From positions 1 through 37,422 of IMG/VR virus record IMGVR_UViG_3300021376_002532: a stretch of DNA of 37,422 bases; one strand, 5' to 3'. Below the pieces are notes generated by a model. That model ran no database searches and was not told the DNA's origin. It saw nothing but the letters and a program-made list of their open reading frames with translations. The position numbers and the translations under genes are program-made. The stretch's first letter is position 1; the number at the start of each line of letters is the position of its first letter. Of this stretch, positions 21,566-32,895 are shown in pieces. This stretch comes from a virus (Duplodnaviria > Caudoviricetes).

Positions 21566-22398
21566 TATGGGTTTGCGTATTCATACCAAGTTATGGGTGT
21601 TGTGGTCCCGACTCTTTGAGTATTTCCGATATTATTATCGTAAGTATAGACTTCGTATTGATTTGTTGAATAATTTAATTCGTACTTATAATAAAAATAC
21701 TCTGTTTTATCTATATTAAATCTATTATTACCAACAAAAGATGATTGTGGTGTGTTTAATAATCTAACGAACTGACCTTTTTTTGCGTTAAAAAATTTAG
21801 CACTTACATAGAATTCGTTTATATCAATATATCCCCTATCTTTTAACCAATATATATAAAAACCTTCTTTATCAGCACCAGAATAGTCTAAAACAAATTT
21901 TGGTTTTTTAACCTCAACTTGTGTTTGGTTAAGTGGTGGTCCGATAGTTCCAGTCTCTTTTAGTCCTTGTTGTGTCGGTATAATTACACTTAATAAAATT
22001 GTTTGTGTTTCACTTATGTTATTATCATAAAAATCTAGTTTGAAAAAACTACCTTTAAATGAATTTGCAAAATAATATATTTCACTATCAGTAAAAGATG
22101 CGTTTTCATAATCGGTATTCCAGTTTGTTATTGTGGATGCCGTTAAATCAATAAGATAATCAAAAAAATAAAACTCGTAGTTTATTGCTGTTTTTAATAT
22201 ATTATTATCAGAATACTCTTTGTGTGCAAATTTTGTTATTTCGAAATCATTAATTGGATTTAATACTTCTTCTATGACTTGATTATCCCATTGACTTATT
22301 AAATCTTCTCTACCTTCCATATCGAATGTTAACTCAATAGGGATATTGATAAATTGTTCATTTACTGTTTGTATTTTTCTAAAATAGTTATTATTCAC
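21565..22398 (-). CDS. Hypothetical structural protein (277 aa)
   Basis: ORF overlapping both neighbours. Context only. Confidence 0.55.
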   Translation of the reverse strand: MNNNYFRKIQTVNEQFINIPIELTFDMEGREDLISQWDNQVIEEVLNPINDFEITKFAHKEYSDNNILKTAINYEFYFFDYLIDLTASTITNWNTDYENASFTDSEIYYFANSFKGSFFKLDFYDNNISETQTILLSVIIPTQQGLKETGTIGPPLNQTQVEVKKPKFVLDYSGADKEGFYIYWLKDRGYIDINEFYVSAKFFNAKKGQFVRLLNTPQSSFVGNNRFNIDKTEYFYYKYELNYSTNQYEVYTYDNNIGNTQRVGTTTPITWYEYANP

Positions 22399-24160
22399 AG
22401 TTATCTGTTGTTGGTTGGTTTATTATCGATCCCGTCAATCCATTAATATCTCTATTTATTGGGTATTGCATAAATAATATTTCTTTAAATGGGTAATGTG
22501 CGTTATTTATAAATGGGTAATTGAGTCCTATTCCGTCACTATCAACAAAACCAAATTCATATATATCTCTCCATAATAATTGCTGACTGTCATTTGAATA
22601 GTAGGCGTAAAATGGAACGTCACTAATTTGATTAATTGGTACAGTTTCTATATAATCACTAAAAGACTTTATCGGTATTGAGTAGTGTGGTTTATATAAA
22701 TAACCTTGTGGTAATTCTGGATCTGATAATAACCCACTCAAATTTATATTGCTCAAAAATCCTCCACCTATTTGTATGTTTTGATTAATTTGACTATTAG
22801 AAAACAATAAATAATTGAAAGAATATTTATGAAACAAGTCTGACAAAACATATTCTTTTTGTTCAATATCATTATATTCACAAAAACTACCTTTCAACAC
22901 ATCACCAACATTTAAAGTCTTATTATAAAAAAAAGTATAATTATTTTTTTGGTAAAATGAAAAAGGAATGCTGTCTTTATTAATTGTTGAGCTATGTGTC
23001 CACCAAGGGTTATTTTGGTTTTTTGTTATATTAAACTCCCATCCAATATCAATTGCGCTATTCGCACCTAATGCTGGATTATTGAACCAACCACCATATC
23101 CTTTATTTACAATAGTTACAAATAGTTCGGTAATTGGTTTACCGTTATTATCAATAATATTATCAATATCAATGTCTTTATTTATTGAAAACCCGTAAGA
23201 TTGTCTACCGTCTTTTACTGAAACTCTTTGTAAGTTATTGGGTGTCAGTCCAGATAGTTCTAATTTTTTCTTAACAGGAAACGGATTATTTTCAAAAGCC
23301 ATTTTAGTTAAAAAAGTTTCATCTTGATTAGTTAGAATTTTATGTAATCTAATATAATACCTTGATTGTGTTTCAGCACTGTTTGTTATTGTTATAATTC
23401 TTTTAAAATTACCATAAGTCCCTGTTTGTATACTAGCAGGAGTAAATTTCAAATCATATATGCTAAATATTTTTTTTTCTGTATTATATGTGCCGTCACC
23501 TAAATCAAATACTTGAAAAACATTTTTACCATCAATTGTAATATTGAGTTTAACAAATTCACCAGCACTTAGATTATGTTCAGTTGCACAATTAAAATAA
23601 ACAAGATCTTTCCCGTTGAAGGAACCGTTACTGATAACAAACGGTATACCTTCAGCTACGTTGAAATTAGTATTTGTTACATTAAATTTTTCATCTGTAT
23701 ATGACATTGTTTGTGCCGTTGTACTACTGAAAGCGTATGACGTGTAAATTGACCAATTATATGTAGTTGAACTTTTAGAAACAAAAGGAACGTGTCCATT
23801 AATCATTGTTTCTCTTATAAATTCAAATTCTTGATAAGGTGGAAATCCTTGCCATATATTATTAGTAACAGAAACCTCCGGTTTAACATAATAAAGACTA
23901 TTTTTGAATGGTGTATAATTTGTTTTACCTGAAACTGAGTTGTCAAAAATATTAACAATTTTACCCGCAAGTCTAAATTTAGTCGAGTTTTGCCTTTCTC
24001 TGTCAAAAATGTCTTGTAAATCAACTAAGTTAGACCTATCACCTTGTACAAAATTCCTAACGTCACCTTTAAGTGGTAATTGTATTTGCACGGGTTGATT
24101 AGAGGAACCTGCATATCTCTTATTTCCTAAAACAATTCTTATTTCATCTTGTTTTCTCAT
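22391..24160 (-). CDS. Hypothetical structural protein (589 aa)
   Basis: Long ORF with TAATG coupling to the upstream gene. Context only. Confidence 0.55.
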   Translation of the reverse strand: MRKQDEIRIVLGNKRYAGSSNQPVQIQLPLKGDVRNFVQGDRSNLVDLQDIFDRERQNSTKFRLAGKIVNIFDNSVSGKTNYTPFKNSLYYVKPEVSVTNNIWQGFPPYQEFEFIRETMINGHVPFVSKSSTTYNWSIYTSYAFSSTTAQTMSYTDEKFNVTNTNFNVAEGIPFVISNGSFNGKDLVYFNCATEHNLSAGEFVKLNITIDGKNVFQVFDLGDGTYNTEKKIFSIYDLKFTPASIQTGTYGNFKRIITITNSAETQSRYYIRLHKILTNQDETFLTKMAFENNPFPVKKKLELSGLTPNNLQRVSVKDGRQSYGFSINKDIDIDNIIDNNGKPITELFVTIVNKGYGGWFNNPALGANSAIDIGWEFNITKNQNNPWWTHSSTINKDSIPFSFYQKNNYTFFYNKTLNVGDVLKGSFCEYNDIEQKEYVLSDLFHKYSFNYLLFSNSQINQNIQIGGGFLSNINLSGLLSDPELPQGYLYKPHYSIPIKSFSDYIETVPINQISDVPFYAYYSNDSQQLLWRDIYEFGFVDSDGIGLNYPFINNAHYPFKEILFMQYPINRDINGLTGSIINQPTTDNCE

Positions 24161-27100
24161 TATCCTCCTATAATATACTTAGTTATGTATCTGTTCATAG
24201 CGGTTTTTCCTTTACCTAAACCAAAATAAAAATGGTACGGTGCACCAACCACAAAACGATTTGATTGGTTATTTGGCCATTCCAAAACATTTTGATTAGG
24301 ATTACCGTTACTGTCGTAATTAAAGATGTACCCAGTGGCCCCGTTAAATGGTCCTGTTCCGTTTTGTGGCTGAAAATATGCCGCAGTATTGTAACCCATC
24401 TTTTGGTATGGAATTGAATAAAATCCTCCTGACTCTAAATCTGTATACCACTCATTTAATTCACTTCCAAATAAATTAGAAGTAGTATCATATTCCCATT
24501 TATACATAGGTACTCTTTGTGTTTTAGGGTATCCATTATTTTGTAAAACAGTCCCATATGTTTGAATACCAGGAGTTAAAAGTATCCTATTTCTAGTGTT
24601 AGATGAAAAATATAACCCAATTGTTGGTCCTAAGTCTCCTTCTGAATTAACTGCACCGAACATAAATAAGTCGTCATCATTATAATTGTCATCATTAAAT
24701 GGTACAATTCCATATTCAGAATTTATACTAAACATTTGAACAACGTCACCATCTAACCTATCTTCTTCTCTACTGAATAGAGCGTTCAATTGTTTATTAC
24801 CTGTTGTTATAAAATTACCTAAAGTACTTGAAAGGAGCCTTGAAAGAATAAAAAATAACAATATATCGCTAGTGTCGTTGTATGATGAACTTTGTATTGT
24901 TTCAACTAAATAACCATCAAGTTGCGGGTTGAAACATATTTCTTTAGCGAACTCATCTCTTGGGCCCAAATCCATGATTGTCGTTGGATAATAAATATTT
25001 CTTTTATTCATTCCTTTGAAGTCCGCATTAACCCAATCACCTAACCCAAAAAATTCTTTATATCTTGGTTTTTGTCCTATAAATTTATCTGTTTGATATT
25101 CATAAGGTGTACATCTATATATAAAAGTGTTTTTATTTTTTTCATAAAAAATAGGTCCTTGATTTTCTCTTACTGGATTTATCAACCCATTATTTGACCC
25201 ACAATAATTATAGTTTTGTAGTTCACCTTGAGAATTAAATATGTTCTTTTTTTTGAATGAAAAAGCATATAATGATCCATTTATCCAGTTGTTTTGAAAT
25301 ACGTGACTTATTACTCCTCTACAAGCAGCAAATGTTAATGTAAATCTAGCTCTCCACTCTTTAAAAAATTGTATGTCTGTATTTATTGAACTTTGATTTA
25401 AATATTCAGGTTGTACAAAATAATAACACCCTCCAATGATTCTTTGTGTTTGTAAATTGCCGTCATTATTTGCTGCACATGGTGCAATAACACCAAAATT
25501 ACCACCAAAACCACTATAACAACTTAAACTCGTTAACCCGTCACAAGATAAACTATTTATAATTGCATCTGAAATAGCACTTGGGGTGTCTCCTGAGATA
25601 TCCTGAGTATTTGAATTATCAATTGTTTGATTAATACTAATACTAAGTTCAAATGTTTCACCGTTTTCAAAAACCTTAGTAATATAAAACGCCTCATTTA
25701 AAAATAAAGGTAAAGAATTATTACCAGTGACTTCAGTCGTTGTTGATGTTGGTAATCTATCACTTCTAAGTACCAACCTTTGTCTGTTGTCTATCAATAC
25801 ATCTTGTGGGTTTTCTAAATGATATGAGGGTGCAAATATTCTTGCAAAGAATGTGGGATCTTCAATATCTTGGGTTGTTCCCGGACTCACAGTTGATGCC
25901 ATAACAGACACTCCTTCTATAAACCCTTGACCATACACAACATTATTAGTATAAGTAGGGTTTAGTGGGTCAATAATATCTTCGGGATCTCCGATTGTCC
26001 AAGAAATACCTAACGTATTACTACCATCTGACCACACATAATTAACATTGGAATTGACACCAGGTGCCGATGTAAAATTTTCAAGAGCCCATTGGTCTCC
26101 ATTATATGCTTTATGTGTACGTCTAGATTTGTCAGTTGACGTATAATATTTTACCGCATTATTTGTAAATGCAGTCCATGAATTTTGTGGTATCAAAAAA
26201 TCATTGTAAGTTTTATGATATAATACTGGATTTTTATTATTAATAACATCATGACTTTCGGGTGTAAAATGACTATCTTTCCAAACGTTCGATGTGACTC
26301 CAGGTATTGCCCAAGTTTGGACGGTATTATCAAATGGTGAGTTATTTTGTATAGGAATATTCAAATAATACTCACCTTTGACTTTGACAGTACCTGTTGG
26401 TGCATTAAATAATCTTGATAAATCATATTCTATTGTTTGTTTCGGTGTGTATGTATCAGTACCTCTTGTTAAAAATATGATTTCATGTGAATCAAAATTT
26501 CTGAAAATATCAGAGGTATATGCAATGTATCCTCTTGCTACGTTGTTCCAAGCAGTTAGCGGAGGGGGTATCGGGTTAGTCCAAGCAAATGCGGCTTGAT
26601 TTTGACCAACAGAATTAAGTAACCTTATATTTTTTTGAGCAACACTTACTGAACTTCCGAAATAACCACCGATAATTATAGTTTGATTACTTAAAATTTT
26701 CAAATCATATACCTTCCCTGTAAATGTTGAAAAATTAAGTCCGTAGTCAAATGTACCGTCTAAAGTCCCGTCAGGTAATAATCTTAAAACATTGGTTCTA
26801 CTTATACCATTATATGTGAAGTTGCTAGACCCACCTAATACTATATTATTATTAGTGTCTATTTCAATTGCATTAACACTTACTGTATTATTGAAACCAA
26901 CCCCATTTTGATTGAAGGTTGTGTCTACTGTTCCGTCAGTATTTAATCTTATAATACCTTTATATGTTACAGAATTTAATGTAAATGAACCACTAAACCC
27001 AACTAAAATTTTATTATTAATATCTATTTTCAAACTTAAAATATCAATATTAAATGTTGCACCAATAATTGGGAAAGTATTATCAATAGAACCATTGGGT

Positions 27101-30100
27101 AAAAATCTTCTAACATAGCCGTTATTAAAAAAACTTACACCAACATAAAGATAACCATAATATGGACTAGACGGGTTACTGTCCACTACAACTCTTCTAT
27201 ATTCACTTGTACTTGCGTTCGGCGGGTTAAATGTACCATCAATCGTACCGTTGGAATTTAGTCTAATAATATTATCGCCGGTTATTGTTGTGTTATTATA
27301 TTTATTGAATTTACCTACAACTAATATTTTTCCGTCCCACGGTTGTTCAATAACATCATTAGCCTTAGAAGTGGCTGTGGTTAAATCAATCCCAGCACCT
27401 CCGTTCGCTGAGAAAGTTGTATTTTCAGTACCATCGGCGTTTATTTTCATTATTTTTTTTGGTACTGAACTTCCACCATATGTTGTAAAATTACCAACAA
27501 CAAAGGTCTCATCTGATGAATTAGTTATTAGTTTATAAACAATTCCATTAAGTCCTGTTGTGGGATTAAATGATAGATAATTACCGTTGTCATCTATTTT
27601 AGCAATTTTATTAGTCGTTGTTGTCCCATATTTAACAAAATTACCTCCAATGATAATATTACCGGCGGTATCTAAAGAAATACTTATAACAACATTATCA
27701 GGTGCTTTGCCAAAAATTTTTTCTCTCCCCCATCCTTTACCCCATCTAAATTTCATATCACCACCATAAACATATTGACCTAAAAATGACTCCCATCTTT
27801 CACCTGTTAAATATTGTTCAAAACTCGCTAAAGTACCACCAGTAATAACTTGGAAATATTCAACTCCTCCCTTAAAATTATATGATTGTGATGACCCCGT
27901 GAGTTTTAATTTTAGTACTGCAGAACTTACAACAGACGTGTATGATGGTTCTATAAAATATTGAGTCTTGTTGGATAAATTAATATTATTATGAACCGTT
28001 GTACCTGTAACTGCATTATTACCAAATTGATTTAAAGTTCCTCCTGTTAAGTTAGGATCATTTATTTGATCTATGTCCGTAAAAGATAACAGTGTACCGG
28101 CACCACCTAATTGAGATATTGTTCCTGTATCACAAATTAAAATGAAAGGTTGATCTTTCATTAGCCCCGAAACTTGTTCTACATTTTGAAAGTCTTTATT
28201 TTTTACTGTTATTGTCATAACAGACTCATTTCCATGATATCTTGCCCTTGCATTCATTAAGTTCAATTTTTGACCCCAAGATACGTTAAACCCTAAAGCA
28301 CCAACTCTAGAATCTTGAGATGGCCAAGTGGCTATTGGTATTTTTTGTAATCTATCTTTACCATTAGTTGTTGGTCCAGAGAATCCAGCAAAACCTTGAC
28401 TAATTGCGAAATTGAACGCGTCTTCTGTAACATCACAACCTTCTGGAAAAACGTCACAGTAATAGGTTTGGATTTTATTATATTCGGACGTTTCCGCCCA
28501 AGACCATGATTCTATACTATTTGTATCTGCCAATAAACTGGTGTTAACTCTTTGTAATGTCAAATCATTTGTTGGTTGAGAACCTTGTGATGGATTTTGT
28601 ACTGTTTCGCAATTACAAGCGTCACAATCAGGATATGAAATCATCGGTAATGAAATTCTTGGAAATGTTCTATCGGGGATTCTTGGTATTGTGTCATCTT
28701 CACAATCTTTTTGAGACCAACCTATCCAACTTCTTATTCTATTAATCATTCTACAAAACCCTATTATAATTCTATTAACAAAATCAACAAACCCATTTAC
28801 TATATCAACCAATAGAGCATAAGCCCAAATTATAAAATGATATAAAATTATTATTATTATAAAAATTGGATGTAAAATAAGTATGAGTATACTAAACAAA
28901 AAGAATATTAAATCAAAGTTTCTAACACCGTCATTTACCGGCATCCTGTTTGTTGTTGTACTACAATCCCTATTGGTTATTTCTTTTATACCTAAATGTC
29001 TTGATCTATTATAACCCCATTTCCATCTATCCAAAAAACTACTAACAGTATAAACTCTATTGAAATTAAATTCGAAAAATCTATCTTCGCAGTTTATCGC
29101 CTCTTGTATCATTTGTTGACCTAAAGTCGTAAACCCACTAGTAATTGGATCTATTTGTGCATAGTCTTGCCAATCTAAACTAAATGCATATGATTTTTCT
29201 TGTAAACTCGAATTATTAGGTCCATTTTCATCACTACCTGGTAAATTTCTCCATCCATATTCTTTTATGTTTGGTACTATATAATCTGCTCTTATGACTT
29301 GTGCGGTTGCGGAATTTTCATTTTGATATTGTATTTTAAATCTGTATTTACCCTTTGTTGGTATTCCTACTGTAGGGTCATTGGATAATACTTGTTCTCC
29401 AAATTCGTTGGTACTTACATAGTCCAAATTCATTGGTACTTCAATTAACCATGTCCCTTCTTCATCAATAACATTACCTCCATCAGATAATTTATATTCT
29501 TCTAAAATTGGTAATCCTTGTGTGTCTGTGTATATTGTTTGTCTGATTGCTAGAATCTTTCCGGGAGCACTAACTAAATCGCATAAGTTACCACTATCAA
29601 ATTTTGGTTTACAGTTAGTCCCTAAAGCATCTTCTTCAGTTGTGGAAAACATTGATCCCATAAAAACCGCCTGTGGTTCTATATTAATACCTAAAGACCT
29701 TAAATCAAAATCAACCCTTGTAATTCCAACATCACATATATCGGTCTCTCCCCAAAATGACGCTACTTCAATATCTTTTCTTGAATTTATTATTTGTGGG
29801 AGTGATTCAATGTTTTCAGAAGCCCTAAATTGTGAGCCAGCAAATTGTGATTCAACACCCATACCCATTCTTACTAAATCTGAAGGTCTAAGTGAAAAAC
29901 AACCAATATTAGATAGGTCCATGTCCATCACTATTGTTTGCATCCCTAATGGAACACCAACAATCATAAAGTCACCACTTTCATTTGTTCTTACAGTGTA
30001 TTTGTAATATTTTTCATATATTTCTAAAACTTCCTTTCTTTTTAAAACATCCTCAATGTCAGGAAAAGTCCCTGTAGGTGTGTGTCCTCCATACTCTGAT

Positions 30101-30426
30101 TTGTATGGTAAAAGATTATATCGATAACCATCTTCGTTTTTTTGACCACTATTCTTATATGGGTATAGTGTTGAGATGACTGTATTATTTTCGTCTTGCG
30201 CACTTAATGGTACGAATATCGAAATTGATACGTTTGGTACACCGTATCCTCCATTTGCTATTACCCTACCAGCAACCACACCATAATCGGCACAGAAACG
30301 AGTATAAACATCTGATTGTTTAAGTTTAAGAGATAAGATTTCTATCATATCGAAATCTTGTTCAATATGTAATCTTATTTCTCTATCTTGATTTAATTTT
30401 GTTCTAAACCTATACTTTTTAGACAT
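24160..30426 (-). CDS. 2088-aa baseplate-associated protein with a long hydrophobic segment and a delta-60 (DUF5122-like) beta-propeller repeat region
   Basis: Follows the gp6-like gene. Hydrophobic stretch LIFFLFSILILILHPIFIIIIILYHFIIWAYALL. Repeats DGKILVVGKF, IIRLNSNGTIDGTFN, RLNTDGTVDTTFN, RLLPDGTLDGTFD. Confidence 0.7.
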   Translation of the reverse strand: MSKKYRFRTKLNQDREIRLHIEQDFDMIEILSLKLKQSDVYTRFCADYGVVAGRVIANGGYGVPNVSISIFVPLSAQDENNTVISTLYPYKNSGQKNEDGYRYNLLPYKSEYGGHTPTGTFPDIEDVLKRKEVLEIYEKYYKYTVRTNESGDFMIVGVPLGMQTIVMDMDLSNIGCFSLRPSDLVRMGMGVESQFAGSQFRASENIESLPQIINSRKDIEVASFWGETDICDVGITRVDFDLRSLGINIEPQAVFMGSMFSTTEEDALGTNCKPKFDSGNLCDLVSAPGKILAIRQTIYTDTQGLPILEEYKLSDGGNVIDEEGTWLIEVPMNLDYVSTNEFGEQVLSNDPTVGIPTKGKYRFKIQYQNENSATAQVIRADYIVPNIKEYGWRNLPGSDENGPNNSSLQEKSYAFSLDWQDYAQIDPITSGFTTLGQQMIQEAINCEDRFFEFNFNRVYTVSSFLDRWKWGYNRSRHLGIKEITNRDCSTTTNRMPVNDGVRNFDLIFFLFSILILILHPIFIIIIILYHFIIWAYALLVDIVNGFVDFVNRIIIGFCRMINRIRSWIGWSQKDCEDDTIPRIPDRTFPRISLPMISYPDCDACNCETVQNPSQGSQPTNDLTLQRVNTSLLADTNSIESWSWAETSEYNKIQTYYCDVFPEGCDVTEDAFNFAISQGFAGFSGPTTNGKDRLQKIPIATWPSQDSRVGALGFNVSWGQKLNLMNARARYHGNESVMTITVKNKDFQNVEQVSGLMKDQPFILICDTGTISQLGGAGTLLSFTDIDQINDPNLTGGTLNQFGNNAVTGTTVHNNINLSNKTQYFIEPSYTSVVSSAVLKLKLTGSSQSYNFKGGVEYFQVITGGTLASFEQYLTGERWESFLGQYVYGGDMKFRWGKGWGREKIFGKAPDNVVISISLDTAGNIIIGGNFVKYGTTTTNKIAKIDDNGNYLSFNPTTGLNGIVYKLITNSSDETFVVGNFTTYGGSSVPKKIMKINADGTENTTFSANGGAGIDLTTATSKANDVIEQPWDGKILVVGKFNKYNNTTITGDNIIRLNSNGTIDGTFNPPNASTSEYRRVVVDSNPSSPYYGYLYVGVSFFNNGYVRRFLPNGSIDNTFPIIGATFNIDILSLKIDINNKILVGFSGSFTLNSVTYKGIIRLNTDGTVDTTFNQNGVGFNNTVSVNAIEIDTNNNIVLGGSSNFTYNGISRTNVLRLLPDGTLDGTFDYGLNFSTFTGKVYDLKILSNQTIIIGGYFGSSVSVAQKNIRLLNSVGQNQAAFAWTNPIPPPLTAWNNVARGYIAYTSDIFRNFDSHEIIFLTRGTDTYTPKQTIEYDLSRLFNAPTGTVKVKGEYYLNIPIQNNSPFDNTVQTWAIPGVTSNVWKDSHFTPESHDVINNKNPVLYHKTYNDFLIPQNSWTAFTNNAVKYYTSTDKSRRTHKAYNGDQWALENFTSAPGVNSNVNYVWSDGSNTLGISWTIGDPEDIIDPLNPTYTNNVVYGQGFIEGVSVMASTVSPGTTQDIEDPTFFARIFAPSYHLENPQDVLIDNRQRLVLRSDRLPTSTTTEVTGNNSLPLFLNEAFYITKVFENGETFELSISINQTIDNSNTQDISGDTPSAISDAIINSLSCDGLTSLSCYSGFGGNFGVIAPCAANNDGNLQTQRIIGGCYYFVQPEYLNQSSINTDIQFFKEWRARFTLTFAACRGVISHVFQNNWINGSLYAFSFKKKNIFNSQGELQNYNYCGSNNGLINPVRENQGPIFYEKNKNTFIYRCTPYEYQTDKFIGQKPRYKEFFGLGDWVNADFKGMNKRNIYYPTTIMDLGPRDEFAKEICFNPQLDGYLVETIQSSSYNDTSDILLFFILSRLLSSTLGNFITTGNKQLNALFSREEDRLDGDVVQMFSINSEYGIVPFNDDNYNDDDLFMFGAVNSEGDLGPTIGLYFSSNTRNRILLTPGIQTYGTVLQNNGYPKTQRVPMYKWEYDTTSNLFGSELNEWYTDLESGGFYSIPYQKMGYNTAAYFQPQNGTGPFNGATGYIFNYDSNGNPNQNVLEWPNNQSNRFVVGAPYHFYFGLGKGKTAMNRYITKYIIGG

Positions 30427-30496
30427 ATTCTTCTTTGTCGATAAATACTTATTTTATCAATTTTAAGATAAGTTATAAATCATCAAAATAAATAAT

Positions 30497-32335
30497 TTAT
30501 CCGAAGTCTACGGTTGAAAGATTTTTAACTCTAACTTTGATATCTTTAGTTGCAAATCTAACTTGATATATTTGATCAGGTTCTGCGTATATTGTTTCTT
30601 CAATTAATTCTATTTGTTTTGTAGTATTATCAATATACCTTTGTGAGGTTTCTGATGAGGAATACTGGCCACCTACTTTATTATAAACCCTAATTTCGGT
30701 TATTGTATTTACACCACTAATATCTTGTATGTTTCTTTTAATATCTGCAATATTAACATTTTGACCCAACTCTCTCGATTGTGGTGACATATAACCACTA
30801 ATATTATTTATTATTTGTGTTATGACTTCTGCTTGACTACCCGAACTATCTAAAACAACAAAAACCTCAAATTCTAAATCAATTACTTTAGCTATTTCAA
30901 TTGAAATGTAGTCATTTATCATTCTATATCTCGATAGATATGTGGCTAAATTAGTTTTCAAATTATTAGATACTGTCTGTGTTAAAACCCCACTATCATC
31001 ATATGATAATATTTTAATTGATATTTTATTATCTACTTCACTTATTGCTACTTTCGCTGGTGCACCAAAATTACCAGGCATTGTATCTATTATAGATTTA
31101 TAGTCGTTGATTGTGACCGCTCTTTTTTGAGCAGCAAAATTATAAGTAACCATATTTCTAACTTCATCAATTGTAGGTTGATTTGCACCACCTATAGCTG
31201 CGGTAACGTTATTTACTTCTAATGATTGTACTACATCTCTATTGTATTGTTCAGAAGGACCATTCACAACAAAATCAACAGTGCCTACTTGTGTTATTGC
31301 TCCGACACCGATATTTGATGCCAGTCCGCCACCAACTCTATATTGGACAAATAAGGTGGTATTAGGTTTTACTGTCAAACCTAAACCAATATTATTTTGG
31401 TAATTGGCTAAATTTAGTGGAACACCTGTTCTTGTGAAATTACTAAGTTGTTCATTAGGAGTTGTTGTTGAGGCACCAAATTGTACTTTAAGAAACCCTT
31501 CAGGTGTGTATTCTGTTATAAATCTATTTTCAGTTTTTAGATATTTACCAACTTTAACACCCGCAGAGTCTACCGGTTTAGTTGGGTCTTCAATAAAGAT
31601 CGTGTCTTCGACTAAAGAATCTACCTCATACCACCTATCAGTGGAACTGTTAAAATCACTATATGATGGTGTTGTTGTGTATGACGTACCGTCTTTTTGT
31701 ACTATTGATGTGACACCTAAAACGTTTTTTTCAGGTAAGAAAAAATTAAAAAATGGTACAACGTCAGTAGAATTCACTACTCTTTTAAAAACTTTTGTTG
31801 TTCCATTAACAACAACCTCCCTTTTTGTTATTATATAACTATTTAAACCGTTACTTTGATTGAAAACTGGTTTTTTTGTTCTATTTATAAAACCCTCGGC
31901 ATTAAATTGACTTGAGAAGTCTATATCATATAAAGTCTCAAAAGTCGTTCCTCCTCCATTAAATTGGGCACCTGCTCTTAAAATACCCAAATATCTAGTG
32001 TCTTCACTATCACCTAAAGGTGGAACAGTAATAGATATGTCAACAACAGCAACTGAAGGTCTATATCCAGGAATTTTTAAACCGTATGTTCTAGCGATGT
32101 TAAAAATTGATGACCTTTGTTGTGCATATTGTAAAACAGTTTCTTGAACACTTCTATCTATGTGGAAATTCAAGTTATCGGCAACCGCAGCATTTAAATC
32201 CATTAAGACTGAAAAAACAGACGCATCATTAAAATTTTGTATTAACTCTGGATAATACTGTTGGGTAAAGTTTAATAAGTCTCTTCTTATTCCTTCAAAA
32301 TCTCTTTCTGTGTATGATATTTTTTTGTTTGCCAT
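30497..32335 (-). CDS. Baseplate wedge subunit (T4 gp6 / baseplate J-like)
   Basis: YTERDFEGIRRDL, SIFNIARTYG, YRVGGGLASN, AIGGA, QKRAVTINDY. Adjacent to the gp25-like gene. Confidence 0.88.
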   Translation of the reverse strand: MANKKISYTERDFEGIRRDLLNFTQQYYPELIQNFNDASVFSVLMDLNAAVADNLNFHIDRSVQETVLQYAQQRSSIFNIARTYGLKIPGYRPSVAVVDISITVPPLGDSEDTRYLGILRAGAQFNGGGTTFETLYDIDFSSQFNAEGFINRTKKPVFNQSNGLNSYIITKREVVVNGTTKVFKRVVNSTDVVPFFNFFLPEKNVLGVTSIVQKDGTSYTTTPSYSDFNSSTDRWYEVDSLVEDTIFIEDPTKPVDSAGVKVGKYLKTENRFITEYTPEGFLKVQFGASTTTPNEQLSNFTRTGVPLNLANYQNNIGLGLTVKPNTTLFVQYRVGGGLASNIGVGAITQVGTVDFVVNGPSEQYNRDVVQSLEVNNVTAAIGGANQPTIDEVRNMVTYNFAAQKRAVTINDYKSIIDTMPGNFGAPAKVAISEVDNKISIKILSYDDSGVLTQTVSNNLKTNLATYLSRYRMINDYISIEIAKVIDLEFEVFVVLDSSGSQAEVITQIINNISGYMSPQSRELGQNVNIADIKRNIQDISGVNTITEIRVYNKVGGQYSSSETSQRYIDNTTKQIELIEETIYAEPDQIYQVRFATKDIKVRVKNLSTVDFG

Positions 32336-32339
32336 TTTA

Positions 32340-32801
32340 CTATAAATTTATAATAACAAATTCCCTGGATCCAAAAGGGTTATTATCGTCAGTATATTCT
32401 ATTTTAACTTTTGCGGTATATTCTTCAGTATTAGCGCCAGGCACCCTATAAACAGGAATGTCAAATTGTTCTGATGGTAATTCGCCTATAGATTCTTCTG
32501 AGTTTATATATGGTTCAATTGAAATATTTTGAATTGTTAAGTTAGGTATATATTTATTAACTGAGTCTTCTATTTCAGATCTAAGTGTGTCAAAGGTTTC
32601 ACCATCCAAAGGTTCAAAAATATATTCATAAAGTCTTGTACCAAAATCAGGTAAATAATACCTATACCCCTTTCTTGTTAGTAATAGATGAACCAAATTT
32701 GCACGTATTTCGTCTCCTGTTTCTTCTGTTAAATTAACATAAGTTCCTTTTTGACTTTGTCTGAAAGGAAAATTTATACCATATGTAATACCATTAGCCA
32801 T
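32340..32801 (-). CDS. Baseplate wedge / sheath initiator (T4 gp25, GPW_gp25 family)
   Basis: GINFPF...IRANLVHLLLTRKGYRYYLPDFGTRLYEYIFEP. Confidence 0.92.
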   Translation of the reverse strand: MANGITYGINFPFRQSQKGTYVNLTEETGDEIRANLVHLLLTRKGYRYYLPDFGTRLYEYIFEPLDGETFDTLRSEIEDSVNKYIPNLTIQNISIEPYINSEESIGELPSEQFDIPVYRVPGANTEEYTAKVKIEYTDDNNPFGSREFVIINL

Positions 32802-32838
32802 ATCAAATAAATATAATCTTATATAATTTTATATAAAT

Positions 32839-32866
32839 AAAAAAGGGTAACCATTTAAGACTACCC
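32839..32866 (-). terminator. Rho-independent terminator after the 112-aa gene
   Basis: The minus strand reads GGGTAGTC-ttaaat-GGTTACCC (two G-U pairs) followed by TTTTTT. Confidence 0.65.
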
Positions 32867-32895
32867 AAAAATATTTTTTGTTATAATTTTTTTAT

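Noticed and set aside
30447-30473. Imperfect inverted repeat acttatttta...taagataagt between the gp6-like and 2088-aa genes
   Set aside because: The stem is AT-rich with a mismatch and lacks a clear U tract, so it could arise by chance.
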